Shown: piece after piece, positions 18,353-28,018 of the stretch
How positions within the stretch are numbered: position 1 is the stretch's first letter
How the letters are laid out: each line of letters starts with the position of its first letter
NCBI GenBank assembly: GCA_963717505.1
Contig: OY970342.1
Span: forward strand, 3,456,001 to 3,520,000
Origin: Candidatus Eiseniibacteriota bacterium
GTDB taxonomy: Bacteria > Eisenbacteria > RBG-16-71-46
Reading direction: 5' to 3'
Length of the DNA: 64,000 nt
The notes under the pieces: model-generated
Database searches by the model: none
What the model was told of the DNA's origin: nothing
Seen by the model: the letters and a program-made list of their open reading frames with translations, nothing else
Translations under genes and position numbers: made by a program

Positions 18353-21300
18353 ATGCGGGTGGCGCGCATCACGGTCCCGGCTTCGCTCGTGGCTCTCCTC
18401 GCGTTTGCAGGCGCGCCGATCGTCGCCGGCGCTCCTGATGCCCACGAAGCGGACTCGATCCGTGCGCTGATCACTGCCCGGCGCTTCGGGCCGGCCGAGA
18501 GTCGTGCGCGCGATCTGGCCCGCGACCTGGAACGCACCACGCCCCGTGGACTCGATCTGGCTCGGCGAGGCGCTGAACCTGCAGGCCGAGGCCATGTGGC
18601 GCGGTGGACGGGTGAACGTTGCCGAGGCCGAGTCGGTGGCCGCTCGCGCGGTGGCGGTGCGCGAACGAGTTCTGGGCAGCGACCATCTCGACTACGCGAC
18701 CAGCCTGCACAACCAGAGCAATCTGTTGCGAATCGGCGGCCGGCTGGACCAGCTCGACGAACGCTATCGTCGGGTCCTTGCGATCCGCCTCGCGCAGCTC
18801 GGTCCCGAGCACCCCGATGTGGCGCGAACGCTCAACGACTACGGCAACCTGCTGAACCTGACCGGGGACTACTCCGGAGCCGAGTCGCTGTACGTTCGCG
18901 CCTGCGCGACCTACGAACGGCTGATCGAGACCCAACGTCGCAATGTCGGGGCATGCCTCAACAACCTCGCCCAGCTCGCACTGGCCAAGGGCGACTACGC
19001 GCGGGCTCGGGCACTTCAGGAACGATCGCTCGAGGAGTTCACCGCAGCGCTCGGTCCCGACCACGCCAATGTCGCCGTGGCCTGCGTGAACCTGGCCCGG
19101 ACACTATCGATCCTCGGCGAGCGCGACGAGGCACTCCGGCTGCTCGAGCGCGCTTTCGATATCCACGTGAAGACGCTTGGACCCGAACACGCCGATGTCG
19201 CCTGGAACCTGCGCGAGCTGGGGAGCCTCCAGACGCGGTCCGGCAACCTGCCGGAGGCCCGACGGTCGCTCGAGCGCGCAATCGAGATTCACGAGAAGAG
19301 CCGGGGTGAACGCCATACGGAAACCGCCCTGGATCTCTCGGCGCTCGCCGACGTCGCCGAAGCGACCGGGCGCGATTCCGAAGCGGTGGCGCTTCACGAA
19401 CGGGCGCTGGCGATCAACCGACAGGTCCTCGGCCCACAGCATCCTCGCGTCGCACTGGAACTCATGGGACTCGGCCGGCTCGCCACCCGGCGCGGCGACT
19501 TCGAGGATGCCCGCCGTGAGTTCGAGCAATCGCTCGCGATCCGCCGGAGTTCGCTGGGCGCCGACCACCCGCTGGTCGCCGAGGCCGAGCGCGCACTCGC
19601 GAACGTGGTTTGGGCGATGGGGGACACGGCGGCGGCGTTCGAAATGGCGTTGTCCGCCGAAGCGATCGCGCGCGAGCACGTGCGCCTGCTGCAGCAGTCC
19701 CTGCCCGAGCGTCTGGCGCTCTCGTTCGCGGGAAGGCGCATCACCGGATTGGACCTGGCGGTGTCCATCTACCTTGCGGGCCCGAGCGAAGCCCGTGCGG
19801 TGCGGCTCGCGGATGCCATCGTACGCTCGCGAGCGATCGTGCTCGACGAAATGGTCCTGCGCGCTCGGCTCATGGCGGAGATGAACGAGCCCGGCCTCGA
19901 CACGCTCGCTCGTCGGTTGTCGGCAGCGCGCGAGCGGCTTTCGAACCTGTCGGTGCGCATGCCGGAGCGCGAGCAGGTCGGGCGCTACCGAACGCTGGTC
20001 GACGCGGCGCGCGCCGACCGCGAGCGGGCCGAACGCGCCTTCGCCGAGGCCAGCCTCGCTTTTCGCGGGCGAGAGCGGCAGCGCACCGCGGGGTTCGAGG
20101 AAGTTCGTTCGGCGTTGACCGCCGGGTCGACGCTGGTGGGCTATTGGGTGGTGCGGCGCACGACGCCGGGCGCGGCGGATGCGCGAGGGGGGGGAGGGAT
20201 TTCGGAGCCACCCGGCAAGACCCTCTACATCGCGTGCGTGATCCGTTCCGGCGATGTCGCGCCGATCATCGTTCCGCTCGCCGCGGCCCCGAGTGTGGAC
20301 TCGCTCGCGAGTCTCGCAGCGAGCCAGCTGGCCGCCGGCTCGACGCTTCCGGTGTGGAGACTGGTCGAAGCGGAGGGTGAATACCGCTTGGCCGGCGCGG
20401 CGTTGCGGCGCGCGGTTTGGGACCCGCTCGAGCCCCACCTCGGGACCGGGGAGCGGGTGCTCATCGTTCCCGATGGCGGGCTCAGCCGGGTCGACTTCGT
20501 AGCGCTCCCGGATTCGACCGGGTACCTGGTAGAGGGGGCCCGACTGTTCCACTACCTATCGTCGGAGCGAGCGCTAGCGTCCATGCCGGCAAGCGACCTC
20601 GCGGGCCGCGGGCTGCTGGTGGTCGGCGATCCCGACTTCGGCGCGCAACCCGGTTCGAACTCCGGCGAGGAGCCCGACTCGAAGCCGACCCTGCGAGGCG
20701 CAGGGTTCGCTCGCGGAACTCCTACGTGCATCGATCGGTTGCCTGTGTTCGCGCCGCTGCCGCGGGCGCGGCGTGAAGCGAGGGTGATCGAAGGCTACTG
20801 GGAACGCCTGGCGCGACACCCGGACGCAACCCACGGCGGGACTTCGGCCGGCGACACGGCGATCGTGCTCACCGGACGCCTGGCGACCGAAGATGCGTTT
20901 CGGCGCCTGGCCCCTGGACGCCGTGTGCTGCACCTGGCCACACACGGTTTCGTCCTCGAAGATCGGTGCGCGGACGACTCGGAAGCGGGGAACGCGCGCC
21001 CGCCCGCACACCCGGCGACCCTGGGAGGGCTGGCGCTCACCGACGCCAACCGAAGGTCGGGTCCGCCGACCCGTCACGACGGCGTCCTGACCGCGGAGGA
21101 AATCGCGGGCCTCGACCTCGGCGGCGTCGAGTGGACGGTGCTGTCGGCATGCAACACGGGCGTCGGGGAGGTGCGTTACGGAGAGGGCGTTTTCGGCCTG
21201 CGCCGCGCATTCGAAGTCGCCGGCTGCCACACCCTGGTCATGAGTCTCTGGCCGGTTTCGGATGAAGCCGCGGGGGAGTGGATGGAGCGGCTCTACGAGG

Positions 21301-21440
21301 CGCGCTTTTCGCGTCACCTCGACACGGCGAGCGCGTTGCGTGCCGCAGGACGTGGGGTGCTCGAACGACGGCGCTCGCGCCGCGAAAGCACCCATCCCTG
21401 GTGCTGGGCGGGGTTCATCGCGGCGGGCGACTGGCGTTGA
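18353..21440 (+). CDS. Exported TPR-CHAT (caspase-like clan CD) protease; one apparent +1 indel near 18545
   Basis: Signal peptide in the 18353 frame, joining the 18504 frame at acgccccgtggac. 42-aa LGP.HP.VA..L.NL TPR repeats. CHAT motifs IVPDG.L, HLATHG (His), LSACNTG (Cys), SLWPVSD, HP..WAGF. Confidence 0.9.
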
Positions 21441-21482
21441 GGCGAGCTTGCGCCCCGACACGCGAACCCCGAGGATCCCGGC

Positions 21483-23018
21483 GTGACGCTCGATTCCTCG
21501 CGTGACAACGCGCTCCACATCGAATCCACCGAGTTCCGGCGCATCGGCCACCGACTGGTCGACGAGATCGCCGACCTGCTCGCCCAGTTGCCGAACCGGC
21601 AGGTCACTGCGGTGGAGTCTCCCGAAGCCGTACGGGCCGCGATCGATTCCGAGGCGCCACTCCCCGAATCCGGATCCGATCCCGCGGCGCTGATCGAACG
21701 CGCCGTGCGCCTGGTGCGCGAGCACTCGTTGTTCAACGGCCATCCGAAGTTCTTCGGCTACATCACCGCATCGCCGACGCCGATCGGCATTCTCGGCGAT
21801 TTCCTGGCCGCGGCCGCCAACCCCAACGTCGGCGGCTGGATGATCGGCCCGCTCGCGACCGAGATCGAAGCGCAGACGGTGCGTTGGATCGCCGAGCTGA
21901 TCGGCTACCCACGCTCGTGCGGCGGGCTCCTGGTCAGCGGCGGCAACATGGCCAACTTCACCTGCTTCTGGGCGGCGCGTGTGGCCCAGGTCGGCAACGA
22001 GGTGCGTTCGAAAGGGCTCGGCGGCGTCCAGGGCCACCGCCTGCGGGTCTACACCTCCGCGGAGACCCATACCTGGTTGCAGAAGGCGATGGATCTCTCG
22101 GGCCTGGGCACCGACGCGGCACGCTGGATTGCCACCGACTCGCAGCAGCGAATGGAGGTCGCGGCGTTGCGCGCGGCGATCGACGCCGATCGCCGCGCGG
22201 GACTCCAGCCGTTCCTGGTGATCGGCACCGGCGGCTCGGTGAGCACGGGCGCGATCGACCCATTGCCCCAGATCGCGGAGGTGTGCCGCGAGCATGGACT
22301 CTGGTTCCACGTCGACGGCGCCTACGGGGGTTTCGCCGCGTGCCTGCCGGACGGAACGGAGGACCTGCGCGCCCTGGCGCTCGCGGACTCGGTCGCGGTG
22401 GATCCTCACAAATGGTTGTACGCCCCGATCGAGGCCGGCTGTGCTCTGGTGCGCGATCCCGATCACTTGCGGGCGGCGTTCTCGTACCATCCGGCCTACT
22501 ACCATTTCGGGGTCGAAGCCACGAACTACGTCGACTTCGGCCCGCAGAACACGCGCGGATTCCGCGCTCTCAAGGTCTGGCTCGCGCTGCAGCACGCGGG
22601 TCGCGTCGGCTACCAGCGGTCGATTGCCGAGGACATTCGTCTGGCGGCGCGACTCCACGCCGCGGTCGGACGCAATCCCGAGCTCGAGGCAGCGACCTTG
22701 GGCCTGAGCATCGCGACGTTCCGGTTCGTTCCGGGCGACCTGCGCACGCGCGCCGGCGAGCCGGCGGTCGCCGAGTACCTCGACGGTCTCAATCGGGAAG
22801 TGGTCGATCGAATCCAGAAGGGCGGCGCATTGTTCGTGTCCAACGCGGTGGTCGGCGGCCGGTACCTGCTGCGGGCTTGCGTGGTCAACATGAACACGAC
22901 CGCGGCGGACATCGACGCGGTGCCCGAGATCGTGGCCCGCGCCGGACGCGCCACCGACGCCGAACTACGGCCGAAGGCACTGGGAGGATCAAAGGATCCG
23001 GTGTCCGCCCGGTCCTGA
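21483..23018 (+). CDS. PLP-dependent group II (aromatic/glutamate-type) amino-acid decarboxylase
   Basis: SGGNMAN, HVDGAYGG, DPHKW (PLP lysine). Confidence 0.92.
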   Translation: MTLDSSRDNALHIESTEFRRIGHRLVDEIADLLAQLPNRQVTAVESPEAVRAAIDSEAPLPESGSDPAALIERAVRLVREHSLFNGHPKFFGYITASPTPIGILGDFLAAAANPNVGGWMIGPLATEIEAQTVRWIAELIGYPRSCGGLLVSGGNMANFTCFWAARVAQVGNEVRSKGLGGVQGHRLRVYTSAETHTWLQKAMDLSGLGTDAARWIATDSQQRMEVAALRAAIDADRRAGLQPFLVIGTGGSVSTGAIDPLPQIAEVCREHGLWFHVDGAYGGFAACLPDGTEDLRALALADSVAVDPHKWLYAPIEAGCALVRDPDHLRAAFSYHPAYYHFGVEATNYVDFGPQNTRGFRALKVWLALQHAGRVGYQRSIAEDIRLAARLHAAVGRNPELEAATLGLSIATFRFVPGDLRTRAGEPAVAEYLDGLNREVVDRIQKGGALFVSNAVVGGRYLLRACVVNMNTTAADIDAVPEIVARAGRATDAELRPKALGGSKDPVSARS

Positions 23019-23028
23019 GCGCAGCGCG

Positions 23029-24321
23029 CTAGCGCTCGACGGCCTCCAAGGACTGGGTCAGGTACTCCGTTCGTCGGGTTCGATTCAACGCGCGGGCACT
23101 TTCGCCGGCGCCGACGACGTTGCCCACGTAGAACGGCAACGCGATGCCACCGACCACGAACGCTGCGGGCACGTAGCCGTCGCCCGCCAGTGCGACCACC
23201 GTCCAGATGAGCGCCCCATTGACGAGCAGGGTTCGCACGCCGTCCCGGGTTCGTCCGGCGTAGACCTGGCCGGAACCCGGAACCACGGCTGAGAGACCGG
23301 AGGCCAGGCCGGGTCGGGCGCGCGGCACATCCGGTCCATGCGCGGCGGCGGCGGCGAGTGATTCGAAGCGGCGGGCCAGCGACAGGTCGGGTGTAACTTG
23401 CACCGCTCGCTCGAAGTTCGATTGGGCTTCGTCCCACCGGCCACGCCGCATCCGGCACAAACCCACGAGGCCCAACGAGCGCGCTTCGTCAGCCGAATCC
23501 AGCGCGGCCGGCGGATCCGGGTCCGTGCTGGCCACGAGTCCCGGAACCGGACCGAATTCATCCAAAATCCCGGCGGCGCCGTCCGGATCCCCGGCGTTGA
23601 AACGGCACACCGCCGCGCGATGGATGTCATCGCCGCGATCCTGGGAATCGAGCATGGCCGCCGCCAGGTAACGCTCCTCGGCTTCGACCCAAAACGATGA
23701 CTCGAACCAGCAACGACCCGAGGCGCGGTGCGCGCACACCAGAGCCGACGGTGTGCCGTCCAGGAACGCGGCGCGAAGGAACTCAGTCTCGGCTCGGCGA
23801 CAGTCGCCGGCCGCCGCCAGCGTCACACCGAAGGCAAACGTTTCGCCAGGTCTCGAGCGATCTCCGTCCTCGGAGTCCTGTGCCGCCAGGCACGCGGTAG
23901 CCCGCGTTCTCTCGGCAGGGAGGAGCCAGGTCGGAGCCCGGATCGCAGTCGGGTCCGGAGTCTCGCCGCGCGCCGGGTCGAGCAGGCGCCCATCGGCGGC
24001 GCGCGCGTAGTGGCTCGACGCCGATGCATTGCAGCGCATCAGTCGATCGGCCGAGCGCGAAACTCCCGCCAGCAGTCCGTGAGCCGCGATCGCGTCGAGC
24101 GCGTACTGCGAGCAGCTCGGCTCGAAGCGGCAGCGCACGTGACGGACGGCCGAAAGGTAGCGCTGGTAGAACCGGATGGACGAGGACACGGCATCCGAGG
24201 CCGGACCGGAGCGGACAGTATCGGCTTCCGCGGCCGCACGTGCCGATCCAACGAGACCCGGCCCGGCAGCCAGGAGCGCCAACAGGGCGAGGCCGCGAAG
24301 GTCAGAACCAGTCGTGCGCAT
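23029..24321 (-). CDS. YidD-like domain fused to TPR-like helices and a C-terminal membrane segment
   Basis: Signal peptide, then FYQRYLS...CRFEPSCSQYALDAI..HG...DRLMRCN (YidD signature), helical repeats, and LSAVVPGSGQVYAG plus two TM helices. Confidence 0.72.
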   Translation of the reverse strand: MRTTGSDLRGLALLALLAAGPGLVGSARAAAEADTVRSGPASDAVSSSIRFYQRYLSAVRHVRCRFEPSCSQYALDAIAAHGLLAGVSRSADRLMRCNASASSHYARAADGRLLDPARGETPDPTAIRAPTWLLPAERTRATACLAAQDSEDGDRSRPGETFAFGVTLAAAGDCRRAETEFLRAAFLDGTPSALVCAHRASGRCWFESSFWVEAEERYLAAAMLDSQDRGDDIHRAAVCRFNAGDPDGAAGILDEFGPVPGLVASTDPDPPAALDSADEARSLGLVGLCRMRRGRWDEAQSNFERAVQVTPDLSLARRFESLAAAAAHGPDVPRARPGLASGLSAVVPGSGQVYAGRTRDGVRTLLVNGALIWTVVALAGDGYVPAAFVVGGIALPFYVGNVVGAGESARALNRTRRTEYLTQSLEAVER

Positions 24322-25519
24322 AGACGAACCCGATCTCGACGCCCACCGGCGTCTTGTCGCCGATCCAGTCGAACGTGAGTGACTTCTCCTGCTTCGAGGC
24401 CCAGGCGATCGCGAAGGTTCGCACGAGAACACCGCAGTAGTCGTTGCCACCGCGGCCGCCCGTCCACCACAACAGTCCGGTGACCAGCTCGCCACCGAAC
24501 CGCAGTCGCGAGAGCGACTCGGTGCGTGATCCCGAGCCGATGACGACCGGACCGGGTAGCTGCCAGACTTCGTAGTTGATATTCGCCGATTCATAGACCC
24601 AGTAGCCGCCGGGCCCGAGCCCCCAGAACCACTGGGACTTGCCAATCGGAACGAAGTCCCCGATCCGAAGGCCAAAGTCGGTGACGTGGACCGAGGACGA
24701 CTGCGGGGAGTCGAGGCCCTGCGAGGTCCGGTAGTCGAATTTCGGATCGCCACTCGCCGTGCCGTAGCCCGCGACGGCCCCGATCGAGAATCCGGGCGCG
24801 ACCCGCCAGTTTCCGGAGAGCCCGACGCGGAAGAGCGGGTTCGTGTACTCCTCGCGAACTTCCTGAGGTCCCACCAGGTACGCGGGACCGACGTTGACCA
24901 GCAACACGGACTGCGGGCGTGTACCCGGCTTGCGATCCGCGGGCCATTTCGGCGGCGGCGGTGGCGGTCCCGGCGGACGTGCAATCGCGTAAGCCGGAAC
25001 CCAACCGGAGCCGATCGCGCCGTCCTCCAGCGCCACCAGCAGCCACTCGCCGCCCACCAGGCTGTGGGTTTCGAGCACCCGGATTCGCGCGTTGGCCGGC
25101 AGCTCGCCCGCCCACTCCCAACCCTCCGCTTCTCCGCCGGGACCACTCCACAGAGTGATCGTTCCCGCGGGCGCGGTGCTCGGAACGACCGCGGCGTCGC
25201 CAACCCGCCAGCCTGGGGGCGCGGAGGTGACGGCCGCCGGATCCGCAACCGGCGTCGCCACCGCATCCATCGCACTGAAGAAGCCGAAAAAGCAGTCCAG
25301 AAAGCAGTCGCCGCTGTCCTCGTCGTCATCGTCCGTCGATGTCGACTGCGGCGAACCGCCTTTGGTCTTCGTATCCTCCTTGGGTTTCGCCTTGGGGACG
25401 CGCTCTTTCTTCTCGGTGGCAAGCCATGCACCCTGAGGCGCTCGGCGGGGGGGTGGCGGCGCGGCGTGCAAATCGAGCACAGTCGCCTGAGTGACGATGA
25501 GCGCTGCGATCGATGTCAT
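24302..25519 (-). CDS. Hypothetical exported protein: SH3b-like domain and C-terminal beta-barrel
   Basis: ITLWSGPG...RVLE...WLLV...GWVP (SH3b-like), Pro linker, amphipathic strands ending DWF. Start uncertain. Confidence 0.55.
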   Translation of the reverse strand: MTSIAALIVTQATVLDLHAAPPPPRRAPQGAWLATEKKERVPKAKPKEDTKTKGGSPQSTSTDDDDEDSGDCFLDCFFGFFSAMDAVATPVADPAAVTSAPPGWRVGDAAVVPSTAPAGTITLWSGPGGEAEGWEWAGELPANARIRVLETHSLVGGEWLLVALEDGAIGSGWVPAYAIARPPGPPPPPPKWPADRKPGTRPQSVLLVNVGPAYLVGPQEVREEYTNPLFRVGLSGNWRVAPGFSIGAVAGYGTASGDPKFDYRTSQGLDSPQSSSVHVTDFGLRIGDFVPIGKSQWFWGLGPGGYWVYESANINYEVWQLPGPVVIGSGSRTESLSRLRFGGELVTGLLWWTGGRGGNDYCGVLVRTFAIAWASKQEKSLTFDWIGDKTPVGVEIGFVYAHDWF

Positions 25520-25800
25520 CAGGAACGTGGTCTTGCGCGGGACGGCCCGCCCGGGAACGAGCGGGCGTGAATTCGCCGCGGGTACAACCGGAACCGTGGT
25601 GGTCAAGGCGGCCTCGATGCGGCTCGACCACGCCCGGGCAAAAGCGCGCAATCGAATGGATGGAGAGCGACAAGAGCTATAGAGCCGGCGCGTCGGTTCG
25701 TCAATCCGGAACCCGAGGCGCCCCCTGTGACTCCGGCCGGGGAACGGGGTATCGTCGGTCGCTCAATCCGACCGCCACCTACTCGAAGGAACACGCCTGC

Positions 25801-26775
25801 ATGGACCCCGTCACCTGGCAGAACGAGATTGCCGCCCGCATCGAGGTCCTCGCCGACCTCGAACCCGACGTCGACGAGCTGATGCGCGACCACGAGTCCA
25901 AACGCGAGCTGTGGTGGCCGAGCGACCTCATGGCGGACCCGGAGGAGGAGAACTCGCTGGACGGACTCGCGAAACTCCGCGAAATGGCCCGCGGCCTGAC
26001 CGATCCGTGCCGCATCGCGCTCGCCCTCAACCTGATCACCGAGGAGGGCCTGCCGCATTTCCACCGGCTGCTCGCAGTCCACTTCGGCGACGAGACGTTC
26101 TGGCGGCGCTGGATGAACCTGTGGACCGCCGAGGAGGACCGGCACGGCGCGGTGCTGCGCGACTACTGCCGCGACGCGAAGGTCATGCACTCGCCGACGT
26201 TCGACCGGATCCAGTTCTCGTACCTGCGAAGCGGATTTCACCCATCGTGGGATCGTGATCCCTACCGTGTGTTCGTCTACACCACGCTTCAGGAGCGAGC
26301 GACCCAGACGTCGCACATGAACACCGGCACCCTCTGCGGGCAGTACGAGCCGCGCATCGGCTACATCCTGTCGCGGATCGGCGGCGACGAGGCGCGCCAC
26401 TACGCGTTCTATCGGAACGTGTTCGCCAAAGTCCTCGAGCGTGACCCCGACCGCGCTCTGGACTCCGCAGCGCACGTGATGCCGAGCATCGAGATGCCGG
26501 GAGCCAGCATGCCGGGCTTCCGTGAGTTCGCCGACGTGGTGCGCCGCGCCGGCATCTATGGGCCGCGCGACTACATGAAGATCGTTCAGGACCAGATCAA
26601 GTTCTGGCAGGTCGAGACGATGACCGGACTCAAGGAGCAGGGTCGCAAGGCGCAGGAGAAGATCCTCGGCATTCCGAGTCGATTGGAGAAAGTCGCCGAG
26701 TACATCGAAAGCCGAAGCAGCGCCAAGACCTTCTCGTTCGACCTGATCTTCCAGCGTACGTTCGCCATGGAGTGA
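25801..26775 (+). CDS. Soluble acyl-ACP desaturase (ferritin-like diiron)
   Basis: WWPSD, NLITEEGLP, WTAEEDRHG, YTTLQERAT, DEARH, MPG: motifs of plant-type and mycobacterial DesA acyl-ACP desaturases. Confidence 0.9.
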   Translation: MDPVTWQNEIAARIEVLADLEPDVDELMRDHESKRELWWPSDLMADPEEENSLDGLAKLREMARGLTDPCRIALALNLITEEGLPHFHRLLAVHFGDETFWRRWMNLWTAEEDRHGAVLRDYCRDAKVMHSPTFDRIQFSYLRSGFHPSWDRDPYRVFVYTTLQERATQTSHMNTGTLCGQYEPRIGYILSRIGGDEARHYAFYRNVFAKVLERDPDRALDSAAHVMPSIEMPGASMPGFREFADVVRRAGIYGPRDYMKIVQDQIKFWQVETMTGLKEQGRKAQEKILGIPSRLEKVAEYIESRSSAKTFSFDLIFQRTFAME

Positions 26776-26782
26776 GGTCCGG

Positions 26783-28018
26783 ATGCCGGTAGTCGTCGTC
26801 ACGGGCATGGGCGTGTCGGCTCCGAACGGCACCGGAGTCCCACGATTCTGGGAAGCCCTGGCGGCCGGACGCACCGGAATCGGCCCGATCACGCGCTTCG
26901 ATGCCTCGAAACTGCGCAGCCGGATCGCGGGCGAGGTCAAGGACGACGAAGCTGCGGCGCGCATGTCGTCCAAGACGTTCAAGCGCAGCGCCCGCTTCAC
27001 GCACCTGGCGGTGGTCGCGGCGCTCGAGGCGATCGCCGACGCCGGGCTCGACGAAGGTCCCGAGCGCGAGTCGGCGGCGGTCGTCGTGGGCTCGGGAATC
27101 GGCGGCTTCGACTTCCTGATGCAGGAGCACGAGGTGTTCCTGAAACGCGGGCCGGGTCGCTTCGCGCCGCTCACCGTGCCGATGATCATTCCCAACATGG
27201 CGGGAGGGACGATCGCGATGGAGACCGGCATGCGCGGGCCCAACGTGTGCGTCAGTGCGGCGTGCGCGAGCGGGGCCCTGTCTGTGGGCACGGCACTCGA
27301 CCTGATCCGCGCCGGGCGATGCGACGTGGCCCTGGCCGGCGGGGCCGAGTGCACGATCGACGCGTTCGCCGTCGACGGGTATTGCCAGCTGCGCGCGCTG
27401 TCGACCCGCAACGACGAACCCGAGAAGGCGTCGCGGCCGTTCAGCCTCGATCGCGACGGCTTCGTGATCGCCGAGGGCGCGGGGATGCTGGTGCTCGAAA
27501 GCCTCGAGCATGCGCGTGCGCGCGACGCGAACATCCTCGCCGAGCTTGCCGGCTACGGCGTCACCGCCGATGGCTTTCACCAGACTGCGCCCGACCCGTG
27601 CGGGCGCGGCGCGGTGCGCGCCATGAAGGCGGCGCTCGAGGACGCGCGAGTCCCGGCCGATCGGATCGACGTCATCAACGCCCACGGCACCTCGACTCCG
27701 CTCAACGACGCCACCGAAACCGCGGCGATCAAGGAGGTCTTCGGCGCGCACGCGCGGCGGCTGGCGGTCCACTCGACCAAGTCGATGACCGGCCACTCAC
27801 TCGGCGCGGCGTCGGCGATCGAAGCGGTGGCCGCGGTGCTGACGCTGCAACACCAGGTGTTGCATCCGACCATCAACCTCGACACCCCCGATCCCGCGTG
27901 CGACCTGGACTACGTGCCCAACCACGCTCGCGAGGCGCGCGTGCGCACGGTGATGTCGAACGCGTTCGGCTTCGGCGGACACAACGGCGTCCTGGTGTTC
28001 CGGAGCCTCGAAGCCTAA
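26783..28018 (+). CDS. fabF: 3-oxoacyl-ACP synthase II
   Basis: VVVTGMG, ACASG (Cys), NAHGTST (His), KSMTGH (His), NAFGFGGHN. Confidence 0.93.
   Translation: MPVVVVTGMGVSAPNGTGVPRFWEALAAGRTGIGPITRFDASKLRSRIAGEVKDDEAAARMSSKTFKRSARFTHLAVVAALEAIADAGLDEGPERESAAVVVGSGIGGFDFLMQEHEVFLKRGPGRFAPLTVPMIIPNMAGGTIAMETGMRGPNVCVSAACASGALSVGTALDLIRAGRCDVALAGGAECTIDAFAVDGYCQLRALSTRNDEPEKASRPFSLDRDGFVIAEGAGMLVLESLEHARARDANILAELAGYGVTADGFHQTAPDPCGRGAVRAMKAALEDARVPADRIDVINAHGTSTPLNDATETAAIKEVFGAHARRLAVHSTKSMTGHSLGAASAIEAVAAVLTLQHQVLHPTINLDTPDPACDLDYVPNHAREARVRTVMSNAFGFGGHNGVLVFRSLEA

Noticed and set aside
18353-21440. CHAT protease as part of a CRISPR type III (Craspase) or other defence locus
   Set aside because: No cas genes, array or nucleotide-sensing domain nearby, and the protein has a signal peptide.
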